Source of the DNA: a virus
Direction: 5' to 3' (one strand)
Length of the DNA: 64,000 bases
Virus record (IMG/VR): IMGVR_UViG_3300034109_001012
Made by a program: the position numbers and the translations under genes. Every line of letters starts with the position of its first letter. Within the stretch, counting starts at the first letter, position 1. Of this stretch, positions 10,919 to 21,376 are shown one piece after another. The notes under the pieces were generated by a model that saw only the letters and a program-made list of their open reading frames with translations, was not told the DNA's origin and ran no database searches.

Positions 10919-13900
10919 TTACATCCGTCTCTTAGTCTCAATCATAATATTATCAAAAGCTTTTAATATTTCCTGCTCTAAATTTTTACCAACATCACCT
11001 GGGGATGTAACTGTTATTTTTACCCCCCCCACTTCCATCTTGACGTTGTTCTCTACGTTCTGAGCAGTTTGCTGAAACCGAGTGTACTCCGTCTGTCCAA
11101 TACTAAGACTTGGTGCGGAAGGTGTCCCCATCTGTAAGTCAGGAGAAACGGGGTCACTTAGTGCTTGTATTTTTTTGAATATCTCATCAAGGCGATCTGT
11201 TGGAACGTTTAACCCTTGAACTTCGGGCGGTTTTCCATAGTCAATATAAACAGAACCAGAGCGCCCTCTCATTGTCTCCTGATCTTTTCCATTAATTAAT
11301 CTGTTTAATTCCGATTGATCGCCCCGTTGGATTTGATCTAGGACGCTAGTATAGTTCCAGTCCGTGACCTTCTTACCGTAAACATCACTCAAGGCTTCGT
11401 TGATAATCTGTTGCTTTAATTGTGCCTGTTGTCTTCCCTCTGGCAGTGTGTTGGCTAGTTCAGACTTAGCTTGCATCCGGTCTAGCTTTTGCCTTTGGTC
11501 TAAATTCCTAATTTCCTGCTCTTGGGAAAAATCTAATAATTGAGACTGCAATGGTAAAAGCGATGCTTGCAAAGCTAATCCTTGTCCCGCCATTAACTTC
11601 GCCTCAAGATTCATTTGACCCGCAGCGATTTCTTCTGGTGTAGCTCCCGACGCTTCAAGTTTAGCTAAATCAGCTTGAGCCTGCGCTACCTCGGCTTTGT
11701 TTTGAGCCTGTTGCCCTTTTAATTTAAGAGCATCAATCTGTCCCTGAACTTTAGCTTGCTGTTGATTAAGAAGCAAAACCTCTCGCTCGGCTTTCTGTTG
11801 CTGATCTAACGCCTTTAATTTAATAGTGGCAGTTGATTGAGCCAGTACCTGTCTTTGTTTCTCATTGACGATCAACTGAGAAGCCAAACCCATTTCAGAG
11901 GTAACTATACCTAACCTGTCACTAAACGCCCGTTGTCTAGCTTCAAGTAACTGCTTTTGAAACCCAATAATTGTATTCTGTTTCTCTAAGGCAGAAGTCT
12001 GTTTATCGTATCCCTGTTGGATTTGTTGCTGACTTAAAACAAACGACTTGGTAACTTTATCAATCTGTTCTTGTATCAGTTTTTGCTTGGCTAATTTCTT
12101 TTCAATTTTGGCATTCTCTGATTCAATCTGTTGAGTTAGATTAACTCGTTTTTGCTCATTCTTATTTATTTCTCCCTGTTGGTTTACTTGTTGATTCGTT
12201 AAGTTTAGTTGTTGAGTAAGTGCTTCTGTACGTTGTTTATTGCCTTGAATCTGAAGTTTAATTGCCTCAATTTCTTCGGGTGATCTCTTTTGTTTAGTTG
12301 CCCTTTCTAGTTCAAATTTTAAGATTTGAGCCTGAGATTCTGCCTCAAGTTCTTGTAATTCAATTTGAGAAACTTGACGTTTTAAATCCAAATCCAGAAG
12401 TTTTTGACGGGTAGCCAAACTTTCTAATTCAGCTTTTTGAGTACGGACTAAATCAACTTCCCTTTCTTTAATTACTCTTAGTTCAACCTCAGCTTGTTTT
12501 AAAGGGTCGCGGGTTAACTTAGCTTGGTTCTGTAGCTGTGATTGCACATAACGCGATTCAGTATCAGCTAATTGATTCCTGCTACTGGTAATATTTTCTG
12601 TAAGTTGCGCTTGTTTTTGGAGTAAATCATACTCAGATTCTAAAGCCTGTTTTCTTAGATCCGCCCGTTGATTCTCATTCTCAAGTTGTTTTCTCTGGGT
12701 TTCAAAATCTAAATCTTTTAATCGGTTTTTTTCCTTGGCTTCAGCTTCTCTGATTTGGTTTCTAGTTTGTGCGTATTCATTCTCTAATTCAACATTTTTA
12801 ACCCCATTGGCTTTGAATTGATTAAGTTGTCTCTTTAATTCATTGGCTCTTAGTTTAAATTCTTTAATCTGTAAATCCGCCACCTTTGCTTGTGCATCTT
12901 CCTCTGATAAACCCCGTTCAGCTACCTGTGCAGAAATCAAGGTTTTCTCGGTATTCAACGCTTGAAGTTTTTGTTCTAATTGTTTCTGGATTAGCTTTTC
13001 CCGTGCGTTAAATTCAGCTTGTGCAATCTCAAGGTTTATCTGTTTAAGTTGATTCTCAAGGTCGATAACTTTGATTCCATATTGTAGACGAAGTTCAAGT
13101 TCTGACTCTAGTTGTTTCTTCTGTAAACCTAATTTTTCCTGTTGCAGTCCAGAGGTTCTTTTGATAACATCTTCCTCGGACGCTCGACGGAGTTGCCCTG
13201 CGGTTACTGTGGCAGAGGATTCTAACTCTATTTGGGAGATCCTTTCTGCCGTCGCTTGAGAGTTAAATTGGGCGATTTGACTGATTAGATTTTTCTGGGT
13301 GTCAATATCAAAGATAGAACCCTTAATCTGTCTTCCGTCTTTAGTTAAGGTAATGAATGATTCGTCCAAAACACTCTTAACTTTGTTGGCGACGTCACGA
13401 CTTTTTAATAAATTCCGGTCATAGTTTTGGAGGATTTGATCTAGTACCGCTTGCCCTTCAGTTCTTTGCTGTTGAACATCTTTTAAGAATACTTTACCCT
13501 CGTCAATATATTTTTCTTTAAACACTGAGAAGGCATCATCTAAAGCGTTATTACCCTCTAATGGGTTAACAGATGAAGCTACCACCGCCTGCTGTAATAC
13601 TGGTAGAGTCTCATTATAATATTTGGTGATTTGTTCCCTAGCTTGTTTTAACGCCTCTGTGCGTTTTTGAAGGTTATCTATTTGAGCTTGAGCAGCATCA
13701 AATTGATCGTTTAATTGTTGTTTTAATCCTGTATCTGTAGTCTCATCAAGTAGTTTTTGCCGTTCTTTTTGTTGGGATTGATAGCCCGATATTAAGAGTT
13801 CGTTGGCTTTGATTAAGTCGTTAGTTTCCTTATTCTCTTTTTCCAGAACAATGCCTTGAACTTGTGATCCTTTCAATGCTAATTTTCTGGCTTCTTCTGT

Positions 13901-16900
13901 TTGAAATAAACCAGCGTTAAGCTCTTTAGTCTGCTTAATTGTCTGAATTGTATTGTCACCAACATCTTTTAAAGTCTCATTCCTTAGTTTGGATTGCATT
14001 TTGATTAGGCGATCGCCTTCTCTGTTGGCGTTTGCTTCTGCAACAGTTGTTATACCTTTCTGTGGGTTGTAAAGGGTAGTCATAACCGCAGCGTTGAGAT
14101 TCCCTATAAAATTAGTAAACCGCCCCAAACCCTCTAGTGAGAAAATTTCCCCAATCCGATCCCCAATCCCTTTCTCAATTTCACCCGGTGCGCCTGCTCT
14201 AAAAGCCTCAATCTGATTTTGAAGTATTGATAATTCCTGAGCGGTGATTTTTCCATCTTCCCCGGCTTTCCGCATGGCTTTGGACATAGCTGTGAACTGT
14301 CCAGAGGTAAGATTGCCAGCTTCTTTTAATTCGTTTAATTTGTTTTTGAGGGGATCGAGTGCGTCCGCGTTTCCGGTGTTGGATTCCGATAGTGCAACTA
14401 AATTGGCTTTGAATGCCAACAAAGCCCCGTCCTTTCCAGATTCCTTCTCTAGTGCCTTGAGAGCTTTGGTCGTCTCATCAATGCCCTTACTGATAGCATT
14501 GGCTGTACCAAAACCAAATATATGAGCAATTTCTTTTCCTGCAAATACAAACGCCGCACCAATAGCCAACCCAATTGGAACAATAGGGCCAAGTGCCGTT
14601 AACGCTGCACCAGCTAACTCTGTTATTAATTCAAATCCTTCTTTAGCCCCTGCGTATACCGCCTTACCTGTTTTTTCCCCGACAAAACCAAGGGCTTGCC
14701 AGACTGTTAACCTCTCGTTTATTCCCGATAATCTTCTAGCCTCAGCAGCCCGTCTAGCGTCCCCTATACTCGCACCCCCGCGTCTTCTAGCCCGTTCCCT
14801 TAATTCGTCTCTAGTTGGCTTGCGTGGATCGTCAACTTCTGGATTGGATGCCATGAAGTCGCCAAAAGTTCCAACAGGTACCAGAGGCACCAGAGGCACC
14901 GGTCTTGGGATACCCGACACTTCTTGTTGATTTACCCGATCTGGTAATTGTTCAGGAAGACCAATTAATGATCGAAAACCTTTTTCTGCTTTAACTCCCG
15001 CAGATTCAACAGCCGCTCCTACACTTCCAAAAAATCCATCTAACGCCTTTTTAAATTCACTGGTCTGGCTGGAGACAGAGGTAACTAATTGGCGAGGAAG
15101 ATCCTTGAGTGATTCAAAAGTTTGCTTACTTTTTTTAGTTAAAATCTCCAGGGAATAAAAGCCAGCGTTTGAAATGGACGCTTGAAAAGATTTTATCTTA
15201 CTGGGTAAGCCTTGTAGACTTTCTGATACTTGTCCAAAACCAGTTTTTAAAGCGCCAAAAATAGATGTAAAAGTATTGACACTGATTATCTGTTTTAAGG
15301 TTTTAAATTGATTCGAGACTGCTGTTGTGGTTCGAGTTGATGCAGCCAAAAACTTAGCTTGAGCTTTTTCTATCAATGTAAAATCAGCAACATTGGCACT
15401 TCTTAAATTGCTGAAATAATCTTTTTGTTGTTCGGCAAATGACCTCCGCGATCTCACTATCTCGGATGATGATCCCAATCTTCTGTTAACTCCATCGGCG
15501 TTAGCACTTCTTAGATTTTCTAAATCTATAGGACTTGCTGTTTGCCGACCTCTGGCTAAATCAAAAATATTTTTCTGCTGAACAATTGTTTGCGACTGTT
15601 GGGCTTTTTTGAATCCAGGTATTTTATTGGCAATCAAATCTTTAAGGTTGCCAATGTAATTTTTTGTTTGTTTATTGAGATCGTTAAATAATTCTTTCTG
15701 TTTACCAAAAACAGCTGTTATCCCTTCAAATCCTTTGCTTAATTTATTCCCAATATTTAGATTTGAGAATATCCCGGCAAACTTAATTAATCCAGACTGA
15801 AGCCCAACAAAAGCTAGTTTAGCCTTATCCCCTAAAGCAGTAAATGACGCAGTGACTTTATTGATTGTAGACTGAAGAAATCCAAACCGACTAGACGCTT
15901 GAGATGCGGCTTCTCCTGATCCTAGTAGTGCGCGAGCTTGTTTCTGCTGTGATAAACTAAAGTCATCAACAGCAGCACTTTTGAGATTATTAAAATATTC
16001 TTCTTCCCTACCTTTAAAAGTTTTCTGAACTCTCGTTATCTCAGATGATGTTGGTAAAGACTTGATAGTTACATCGCCAGTGGCACTCTTAAGATTGTCG
16101 AGATATTTACTTTTTGCTATTTTGCTATTCTGTTGAATCTTTTCAATCTGACCAACTACTTCAGGCTGAACGCTTTGTGCTTTTCCTCTATCCTGAGCAT
16201 TCTGCCAGAAGTTTTTAAACCCTTCTACAGCTTTATCTTTTAATGTGAGAATATATAGCTTTAATCTCTGTATTAATCCTAGTAGTATTTCCTTCTGAGA
16301 ATTAAAGACACTGTTTAAATTCTCGAATCCTTTTGTTAAATTTATAGACTTAATAGTTTTACTGAGTTCTAAGATCCTTCCCCTGATACCAGTAACAGTT
16401 TTACCTATTCTGTCCCCAACTAAAGCAAATGTTGAACCAATCCCCAACGTAACAGACTGTAAAAGACCAGTCTTCTTGACACTATCCCCAACTAGACTTT
16501 GTGACTCGTAGAATTCTTTAGTTCGTGCCAATGCGCTTGTCTTATTGCCCAAGACGGCTAATTGTCCGCCTTTTGTTTCTCGTTCTTGGATTTTTTTCTT
16601 TCTGGCTTCCCTGCGTCTATCTAGTTCCGTTAATAGTTCCCATTGTCGCTCCTCTTTCTGAACCTCGATGTCAACTTCTGGTATTCGCTTAAAAGTATCT
16701 GGAGCGCTTGGTTTGTTCAGGGAATCTCGAAGTTTTTTCTCAAGTTCAGCCCGTTTTAGTTTTGGATCAATCCCTGGAGTCTCTATAGGACTATCTGGGA
16801 CGCTTGGGATGTTTTTCTCAAGTTCAGCCCGTCGCCTTGCTGCATAAGCCTCTACCTGTTGATCCATTTCCAAAGGTTGAGAACCCTTCACTTTATCTAC

Positions 16901-18844
16901 ACCACTACCCAAAACGTCTTTCAACCCTGAGTAATACTTCTGGGTAGTTTCTGCTAATTTCTTAATAGCTTCTTTCTGTCCTGTAAATTTCTCGGTAATT
17001 TCTTCTATTTTCTTCCCAACCGTTGTACTTCTAATTGTTTCAGCGAAACCAAGAAATCCAGATTTAGCCCCTTTAATTGCTTCTGTTTTTCCTGCTATTG
17101 CTAACTTATGGCTTTGATCTATCCCGATCATCTGTTTGATAACCGATCTATAGCCCTTTTTCTGTATAATTAATTCTTTAATAATTCCGATCTGTTTTCC
17201 GAGTTGACCGGACAATGCTAAACTAATAACTCTTAATAATGCCAGATTAGTAATAACCGGAACGATAGCACCGACTAACTGTTTAAACGCTATTCCTGCG
17301 GAATTAACTTGAATTTTAAATAACAAATAAGAAGCAATCGCTTTCTTTACGGGGTCGGGAATATTGGCAATAAATTTACTTAATTTTTCTAAATAAGCAA
17401 GTCCGGGTTCAAATACGGGGGCGAGGGATTCTCCTAACTGAATGATAGTTTCTTCAAATCGGTTGGCTATCTTTTGAAACCTAGAAATCCTGTCATCTGT
17501 AGCAGTTTTAGCAACTTCATCTAAACTCTGAGCATTGGCATTAGCTTTGATTGCTGCGGTGACATTCTTGTAATCCTGTCCTTTGTTGGAACTTAACCCT
17601 AAAGCAGTCCGATAAGCTAAAGTGTCGGGAAGAATTTGAGCTAATTTAGTTTGATCTCCCCCTGTTGCCTCAAAAACATCTTGAATTGATTTTGCTAACC
17701 CTTTCTCCTGAACTTCTCTAATATCAAATCGAATTCTTTTCCCTTCTGAATCTCGAAGTTTGGCGATCTCTTTTGCAGCTTCGGGTGTCTTATCAATAAT
17801 ACTTCTAGCTAACGCCTGAATACCTGTTAATGCCACTGGTGTTGATGTACCCTGGGCGGTTAAAACAGAGGTAGCCGCGGCTAAATCTTCAATGCTAATT
17901 CCTGCTGTTTTAGCAACTTGAGAAGCTTGTCCGAAAGTTTGGGATAATTCCTGAATCGTTGTAATCCCATTCTCTACCGTACCGTTTAAGATTGCGCTGA
18001 CACGGGTAGCTTGAGACGCTTCTAATCCATAGGCTCGGAGGGTTTTTGTCAACAACTGAAGGGTAGCAGTAGGATCAACGGCTTGACCACCAGCACCCGC
18101 AATTCCGATTAATTTTAGACCGGGTTCTAGTACCTGTTGAGATGATTTAGTATCTGTAAACCCCCCAGATAGAACTTCGTATTGTCCTAATAATGCTTCT
18201 GTTGTTGTAACTGAATTGTCTAATTTATCTCTTAGTAACGATTGAATTTGTTTTCTGTTTTTATTTAAGTCTGTAGCCGTTGCTCGTTTAGCCGTACCCG
18301 ATTCGGTAAATTCAGTGGAGGATTTGAGGATGGTTCCCACACGGGCGGACGCACTCTCAACGGCGTTTAACTTAGCGACGGCTACCTGAGCAAAACTTTC
18401 TACTGCTACCTGACTCCCTGATATGGCATCCCTCAACGTCATAAACCCCTGAATGGAATCAGTGCTTACCCCTGAACGTTGCATCTGTTCTAATGTCTCA
18501 GGAATGCGTTTTAAAGATACATAGGCATCACTCGCACCCTTAGCTAAGAGTGTAAATTGTTGAGCATAAAAAGCAATATTAGAAGCCTTGCCGATAATAG
18601 TGGAAAGCTCAGTATTTAAACTGATAACTTTCCGCATATTTCTGGCAAAATCATCGGCATTCTTAGCCCCAATAACAAGGGCAGAGGTGGAGGATCTTAA
18701 CCCTTTTTCAAGGAATGGTAAAGCCATACCCGTAGCCGTTAAGCCGATCTGCATATAGGTTAACTGTGTCGAGATATTCCCAACACCTTTAGCAAAACCA
18801 TCGTCAATCAGACCTAGTTTTAAACTCGCGCCTTGTTCTACCAT
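10919..18844 (-). CDS. Tail tape measure protein (2641 aa)
   Basis: N-terminal TMP core (ILNGTVENGITTIQELSQTFGQASQVAKTAGISIEDLAAATSVLTAQG), very long coiled coils, located after tube/chaperone genes. Confidence 0.85.
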   Translation of the reverse strand: MVEQGASLKLGLIDDGFAKGVGNISTQLTYMQIGLTATGMALPFLEKGLRSSTSALVIGAKNADDFARNMRKVISLNTELSTIIGKASNIAFYAQQFTLLAKGASDAYVSLKRIPETLEQMQRSGVSTDSIQGFMTLRDAISGSQVAVESFAQVAVAKLNAVESASARVGTILKSSTEFTESGTAKRATATDLNKNRKQIQSLLRDKLDNSVTTTEALLGQYEVLSGGFTDTKSSQQVLEPGLKLIGIAGAGGQAVDPTATLQLLTKTLRAYGLEASQATRVSAILNGTVENGITTIQELSQTFGQASQVAKTAGISIEDLAAATSVLTAQGTSTPVALTGIQALARSIIDKTPEAAKEIAKLRDSEGKRIRFDIREVQEKGLAKSIQDVFEATGGDQTKLAQILPDTLAYRTALGLSSNKGQDYKNVTAAIKANANAQSLDEVAKTATDDRISRFQKIANRFEETIIQLGESLAPVFEPGLAYLEKLSKFIANIPDPVKKAIASYLLFKIQVNSAGIAFKQLVGAIVPVITNLALLRVISLALSGQLGKQIGIIKELIIQKKGYRSVIKQMIGIDQSHKLAIAGKTEAIKGAKSGFLGFAETIRSTTVGKKIEEITEKFTGQKEAIKKLAETTQKYYSGLKDVLGSGVDKVKGSQPLEMDQQVEAYAARRRAELEKNIPSVPDSPIETPGIDPKLKRAELEKKLRDSLNKPSAPDTFKRIPEVDIEVQKEERQWELLTELDRRREARKKKIQERETKGGQLAVLGNKTSALARTKEFYESQSLVGDSVKKTGLLQSVTLGIGSTFALVGDRIGKTVTGIRGRILELSKTIKSINLTKGFENLNSVFNSQKEILLGLIQRLKLYILTLKDKAVEGFKNFWQNAQDRGKAQSVQPEVVGQIEKIQQNSKIAKSKYLDNLKSATGDVTIKSLPTSSEITRVQKTFKGREEEYFNNLKSAAVDDFSLSQQKQARALLGSGEAASQASSRFGFLQSTINKVTASFTALGDKAKLAFVGLQSGLIKFAGIFSNLNIGNKLSKGFEGITAVFGKQKELFNDLNKQTKNYIGNLKDLIANKIPGFKKAQQSQTIVQQKNIFDLARGRQTASPIDLENLRSANADGVNRRLGSSSEIVRSRRSFAEQQKDYFSNLRSANVADFTLIEKAQAKFLAASTRTTTAVSNQFKTLKQIISVNTFTSIFGALKTGFGQVSESLQGLPSKIKSFQASISNAGFYSLEILTKKSKQTFESLKDLPRQLVTSVSSQTSEFKKALDGFFGSVGAAVESAGVKAEKGFRSLIGLPEQLPDRVNQQEVSGIPRPVPLVPLVPVGTFGDFMASNPEVDDPRKPTRDELRERARRRGGASIGDARRAAEARRLSGINERLTVWQALGFVGEKTGKAVYAGAKEGFELITELAGAALTALGPIVPIGLAIGAAFVFAGKEIAHIFGFGTANAISKGIDETTKALKALEKESGKDGALLAFKANLVALSESNTGNADALDPLKNKLNELKEAGNLTSGQFTAMSKAMRKAGEDGKITAQELSILQNQIEAFRAGAPGEIEKGIGDRIGEIFSLEGLGRFTNFIGNLNAAVMTTLYNPQKGITTVAEANANREGDRLIKMQSKLRNETLKDVGDNTIQTIKQTKELNAGLFQTEEARKLALKGSQVQGIVLEKENKETNDLIKANELLISGYQSQQKERQKLLDETTDTGLKQQLNDQFDAAQAQIDNLQKRTEALKQAREQITKYYNETLPVLQQAVVASSVNPLEGNNALDDAFSVFKEKYIDEGKVFLKDVQQQRTEGQAVLDQILQNYDRNLLKSRDVANKVKSVLDESFITLTKDGRQIKGSIFDIDTQKNLISQIAQFNSQATAERISQIELESSATVTAGQLRRASEEDVIKRTSGLQQEKLGLQKKQLESELELRLQYGIKVIDLENQLKQINLEIAQAEFNAREKLIQKQLEQKLQALNTEKTLISAQVAERGLSEEDAQAKVADLQIKEFKLRANELKRQLNQFKANGVKNVELENEYAQTRNQIREAEAKEKNRLKDLDFETQRKQLENENQRADLRKQALESEYDLLQKQAQLTENITSSRNQLADTESRYVQSQLQNQAKLTRDPLKQAEVELRVIKEREVDLVRTQKAELESLATRQKLLDLDLKRQVSQIELQELEAESQAQILKFELERATKQKRSPEEIEAIKLQIQGNKQRTEALTQQLNLTNQQVNQQGEINKNEQKRVNLTQQIESENAKIEKKLAKQKLIQEQIDKVTKSFVLSQQQIQQGYDKQTSALEKQNTIIGFQKQLLEARQRAFSDRLGIVTSEMGLASQLIVNEKQRQVLAQSTATIKLKALDQQQKAEREVLLLNQQQAKVQGQIDALKLKGQQAQNKAEVAQAQADLAKLEASGATPEEIAAGQMNLEAKLMAGQGLALQASLLPLQSQLLDFSQEQEIRNLDQRQKLDRMQAKSELANTLPEGRQQAQLKQQIINEALSDVYGKKVTDWNYTSVLDQIQRGDQSELNRLINGKDQETMRGRSGSVYIDYGKPPEVQGLNVPTDRLDEIFKKIQALSDPVSPDLQMGTPSAPSLSIGQTEYTRFQQTAQNVENNVKMEVGGVKITVTSPGDVGKNLEQEILKAFDNIMIETKRRM

Positions 18845-18863
18845 TACCCCATCCCCCCTTTAA

Positions 18864-19322
18864 TTAACTCTGTACCCAATTAACTAAATAATTGGCAATC
18901 TTTTCTAATAAGATCGGATGCCAAAATATAAACGGTCTATCCCTTTGTAATCGAGATGCTTTGGTTAATGCCGTCCCGAAAACAATCTCGGATTCTGTGA
19001 CATTAAATACCTCGTAGGGATGACCCTCGACTGTTAATGATTGCTGAAGTTCCCCTGTATCTCTAAGAATTTGACCGCCATAACGTCTAGGGTTTTGGAC
19101 TAGATAAGATTCCGAAAGTGATCGCCATTGAACACCACCAAATACCTCACCTCCAGTTTCAACAGAGGGGGCATTAGCAAAACGGGTGTCCACATCTTCT
19201 TGCATCATTAAACGAATAGCAGGGGCGGCGGATGCGATATCTTCTGCCCTGAGTTTAAACCCTGCAATTCGTTTAATTTCTTTGTTGATTTCTGATGAAT
19301 CAATACTAAGTTTAATCCCCAT
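18864..19322 (-). CDS. Virion morphogenesis / tail completion-like protein (Mu gpG-like)
   Basis: Likely start MGIKLSID at 19322 (GGGGGAAAATG); W..LS......ILRDTGELQQSL pattern; track ORF starts further upstream at 19391. Confidence 0.4.
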   Translation of the reverse strand: MGIKLSIDSSEINKEIKRIAGFKLRAEDIASAAPAIRLMMQEDVDTRFANAPSVETGGEVFGGVQWRSLSESYLVQNPRRYGGQILRDTGELQQSLTVEGHPYEVFNVTESEIVFGTALTKASRLQRDRPFIFWHPILLEKIANYLVNWVQS

Positions 19323-19581
19323 TTTCCCCCATGTTGGCATCTGGAAAAAATGAAGCCATAGACAGAATCCGTGGCATCTGTTCCCCTGCAATCGAGATCC
19401 TCAATTCCCGTTTTAGGAGATCAGCTTTTTGATCTTTCAAGGTTTCCTCGGCTTGACGTTTTGCTCTGTCTTCATCGCTCATTCTATGCTCAACAGTTTG
19501 GAATAACAAACACTCAAGAAACTCCGCAGGGTATTCATTAGAAAGTGCGATCGCTCCTTGAGGTTCGTAGGCTTCAATCAA
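19312..19581 (-). CDS. Tail assembly chaperone, -1 frame extension (gpT-like part of a G-T fusion)
   Basis: No ATG at the track start (TTG); this frame stays open upstream to 19743 and overlaps the 3' end of 19596..20111 in the -1 frame. Confidence 0.5.
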   Translation of the reverse strand: MIEAYEPQGAIALSNEYPAEFLECLLFQTVEHRMSDEDRAKRQAEETLKDQKADLLKRELRISIAGEQMPRILSMASFFPDANMGENGD

Positions 19582-19595
19582 TTGAGCAAGAAGGT

Positions 19596-20111
19596 CTACT
19601 TCGTAGTTTCCACTGCCTCTAATTCTGCGAGTTCCTGTTCCCGTATCTTCTGCCGTTCCCTCTCCTTGTCCACTAGGATTTGCAAAAAATTGAGATTGTG
19701 CAGATCCGCTATTACTCCAGGCTCGATTAAAGTGGCTTCGCCTTTAGCGTCAACATCTCGATTCCCTGCCTCATCATAGGATGTGGTAACAAATAGTCGG
19801 GTAATTTGGGGCCAGTCATCAGCATCGACTAAAGCCTGAAAATCAATCGGACGGGTTTGACCGACAACAGGAATTAATGTTGACAATTGTTGGCATAGGG
19901 GGATAAAGGTTTCATCGCAAAACAAGTCACCGATAGATCCCCCAATCTCGACATACAACTCAAGGATTAACTTCTGAATTTCTGCAATTTTTCCCCATTT
20001 AACAAAGGGTGCAGCTGTGATTAATTCAGAGGTGATAAATTCCCCTGTTATCGGGTCATAATAACTAACTGTTGCAGTCCGTCTCGGTTGTCTTTTTTTA
20101 ATCTCAGTCAT
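19596..20111 (-). CDS. Tail assembly chaperone (gpG-like)
   Basis: Between tube and tape measure genes; ATG (MTEIKKRQ) 5 nt after the tube stop; acidic C-terminus. Confidence 0.55.
   Translation of the reverse strand: MTEIKKRQPRRTATVSYYDPITGEFITSELITAAPFVKWGKIAEIQKLILELYVEIGGSIGDLFCDETFIPLCQQLSTLIPVVGQTRPIDFQALVDADDWPQITRLFVTTSYDEAGNRDVDAKGEATLIEPGVIADLHNLNFLQILVDKERERQKIREQELAELEAVETTK
19683..19689 (-). promoter_or_regulatory. -1 programmed ribosomal frameshift slippery heptamer U_UUU_UUG
   Basis: Zero-frame AAT TTT TTG; a -1 shift enters the open frame leading into 19312..19581. Confidence 0.55.
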
Positions 20112-20115
20112 ATTT

Positions 20116-20925
20116 TTAAGCTGCACAATATACGGTTTCTGCGGTGTCAATTAGCTTGAACGGGTCACACCAATCAAGGGGTTGGATGATTTGCATAGGG
20201 ATTTGTAGCTGTTCAGAACTAGGATCAAATTGACCTTGAGACGGATCGATAATTACCTCTGGAATATAGATAATCATTACCCGTTTATCAGTCCCTACGA
20301 CTAACCCAGAAAACTCATGGGCATTCAAAGGATCGCCCATAGAATTGCCAGCGATTGACCGACTAATTGAAAGGGTAACAAATGCTCCGTCCTCAACCAA
20401 GTTATCGGAAAATTTCAAAGCCCGATTAGCACCAACAGCAAAAGTATTAGCAGTTGTTCCCGAAAAACTAGCGAAGGGCTGCTGGGTCAAAGGAACCGAT
20501 TTTTTAGCTCCGGTAATATCGGTTTTAGAGCCATAGGTCTCGGCATCGGCAACGATACCAAATCCCACCTGTCCAGTTGTTGCAGCCGCGTAAGTGGCTG
20601 TCTTAGCCTGAACTTGGAAGGGTTGAGTAACGTCGTAAGTGCCGGATTCAAGTTGTTTTCCCATAGCAAAGGCAAGCATTTCAAAATTGAAACCTGAGTA
20701 GGTTAGTGTGGCTACGGGATCAGAACTTTGAATTAGAATATCGTCGGTAATGTTTTCCCCTAAGTTGTTGCGTCGGGTTGTTTTCCGAGTTTGGCGGTTA
20801 GGGTTAATGGCAACGTTAGATGGGGTTTTCCAGTTGTAAACGAGTCCGGTTTTTAAATCCCTTAGCGTTGCGTTGGTATTGGCAATAAACTGAAACGTTA
20901 CCGCGTCACGTTGTGATTGAGCCAT
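20116..20925 (-). CDS. Major tail (tube) protein
   Basis: 269-aa ORF directly upstream of the chaperone pair and tape measure (lambda V-G-T-H order). Confidence 0.5.
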   Translation of the reverse strand: MAQSQRDAVTFQFIANTNATLRDLKTGLVYNWKTPSNVAINPNRQTRKTTRRNNLGENITDDILIQSSDPVATLTYSGFNFEMLAFAMGKQLESGTYDVTQPFQVQAKTATYAAATTGQVGFGIVADAETYGSKTDITGAKKSVPLTQQPFASFSGTTANTFAVGANRALKFSDNLVEDGAFVTLSISRSIAGNSMGDPLNAHEFSGLVVGTDKRVMIIYIPEVIIDPSQGQFDPSSEQLQIPMQIIQPLDWCDPFKLIDTAETVYCAA

Positions 20926-20929
20926 TGTT

Positions 20930-21376
20930 TTAAGCCTCTAAATAATCAATTCCAGTAAAACTAAAACGCAAGAAAGCATAGACGGGTTGAGACAGTTCAT
21001 TAACCATGATCCTGTACTCGGATCTAAAACTTCCTTGTGTTATAATTGGGGAACAGTTCTTAGACTCTTTCCACTGAGTCAAAGCCTCATTAAGTTGCCA
21101 ACTAACCCATCTCAAAATGCCCGGCAAAAGCTCTTGATCTGGGAATGATAGGCAATAGGAAATTACAAAGCTGGTTTGGCTTTTCGGGTGTCCATACTCA
21201 AAGTTGTCAGACAACCGATAAACTTTGAGTAATGGAAATCTCGATAAATCAGGATTGACGGCATCATAACAAACGGTATCCCGACACGCGATCAGATTGG
21301 GGTCAATCTTTTTAAGCTCGGAGTTTAACCACTCTTGTAAATATTTAGCTAATTTAAGACATACAGGATCAAGCAT
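20930..21376 (-). CDS. Head-tail joining / tail terminator-like protein
   Basis: 148-aa ORF immediately upstream of the tube gene; position only. Confidence 0.35.
   Translation of the reverse strand: MLDPVCLKLAKYLQEWLNSELKKIDPNLIACRDTVCYDAVNPDLSRFPLLKVYRLSDNFEYGHPKSQTSFVISYCLSFPDQELLPGILRWVSWQLNEALTQWKESKNCSPIITQGSFRSEYRIMVNELSQPVYAFLRFSFTGIDYLEA

Noticed and set aside
13071-14525. Plus-strand ORFs inside the tape measure gene (13071..13259, 14244..14525), and similar antisense ORFs inside other long genes
   Set aside because: They are short antisense ORFs fully embedded in long, motif-supported genes, which is expected by chance in biased sequence.
19312-19391. Possible +1 frameshift between ORFs 19312..19581 and 18864..19391 (80-nt overlap)
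   Set aside because: An internal ATG with an RBS at 19322 (MGIKLSID) gives an ordinary 11-nt overlap. The long overlap is an artefact of the most-upstream start in the ORF track.
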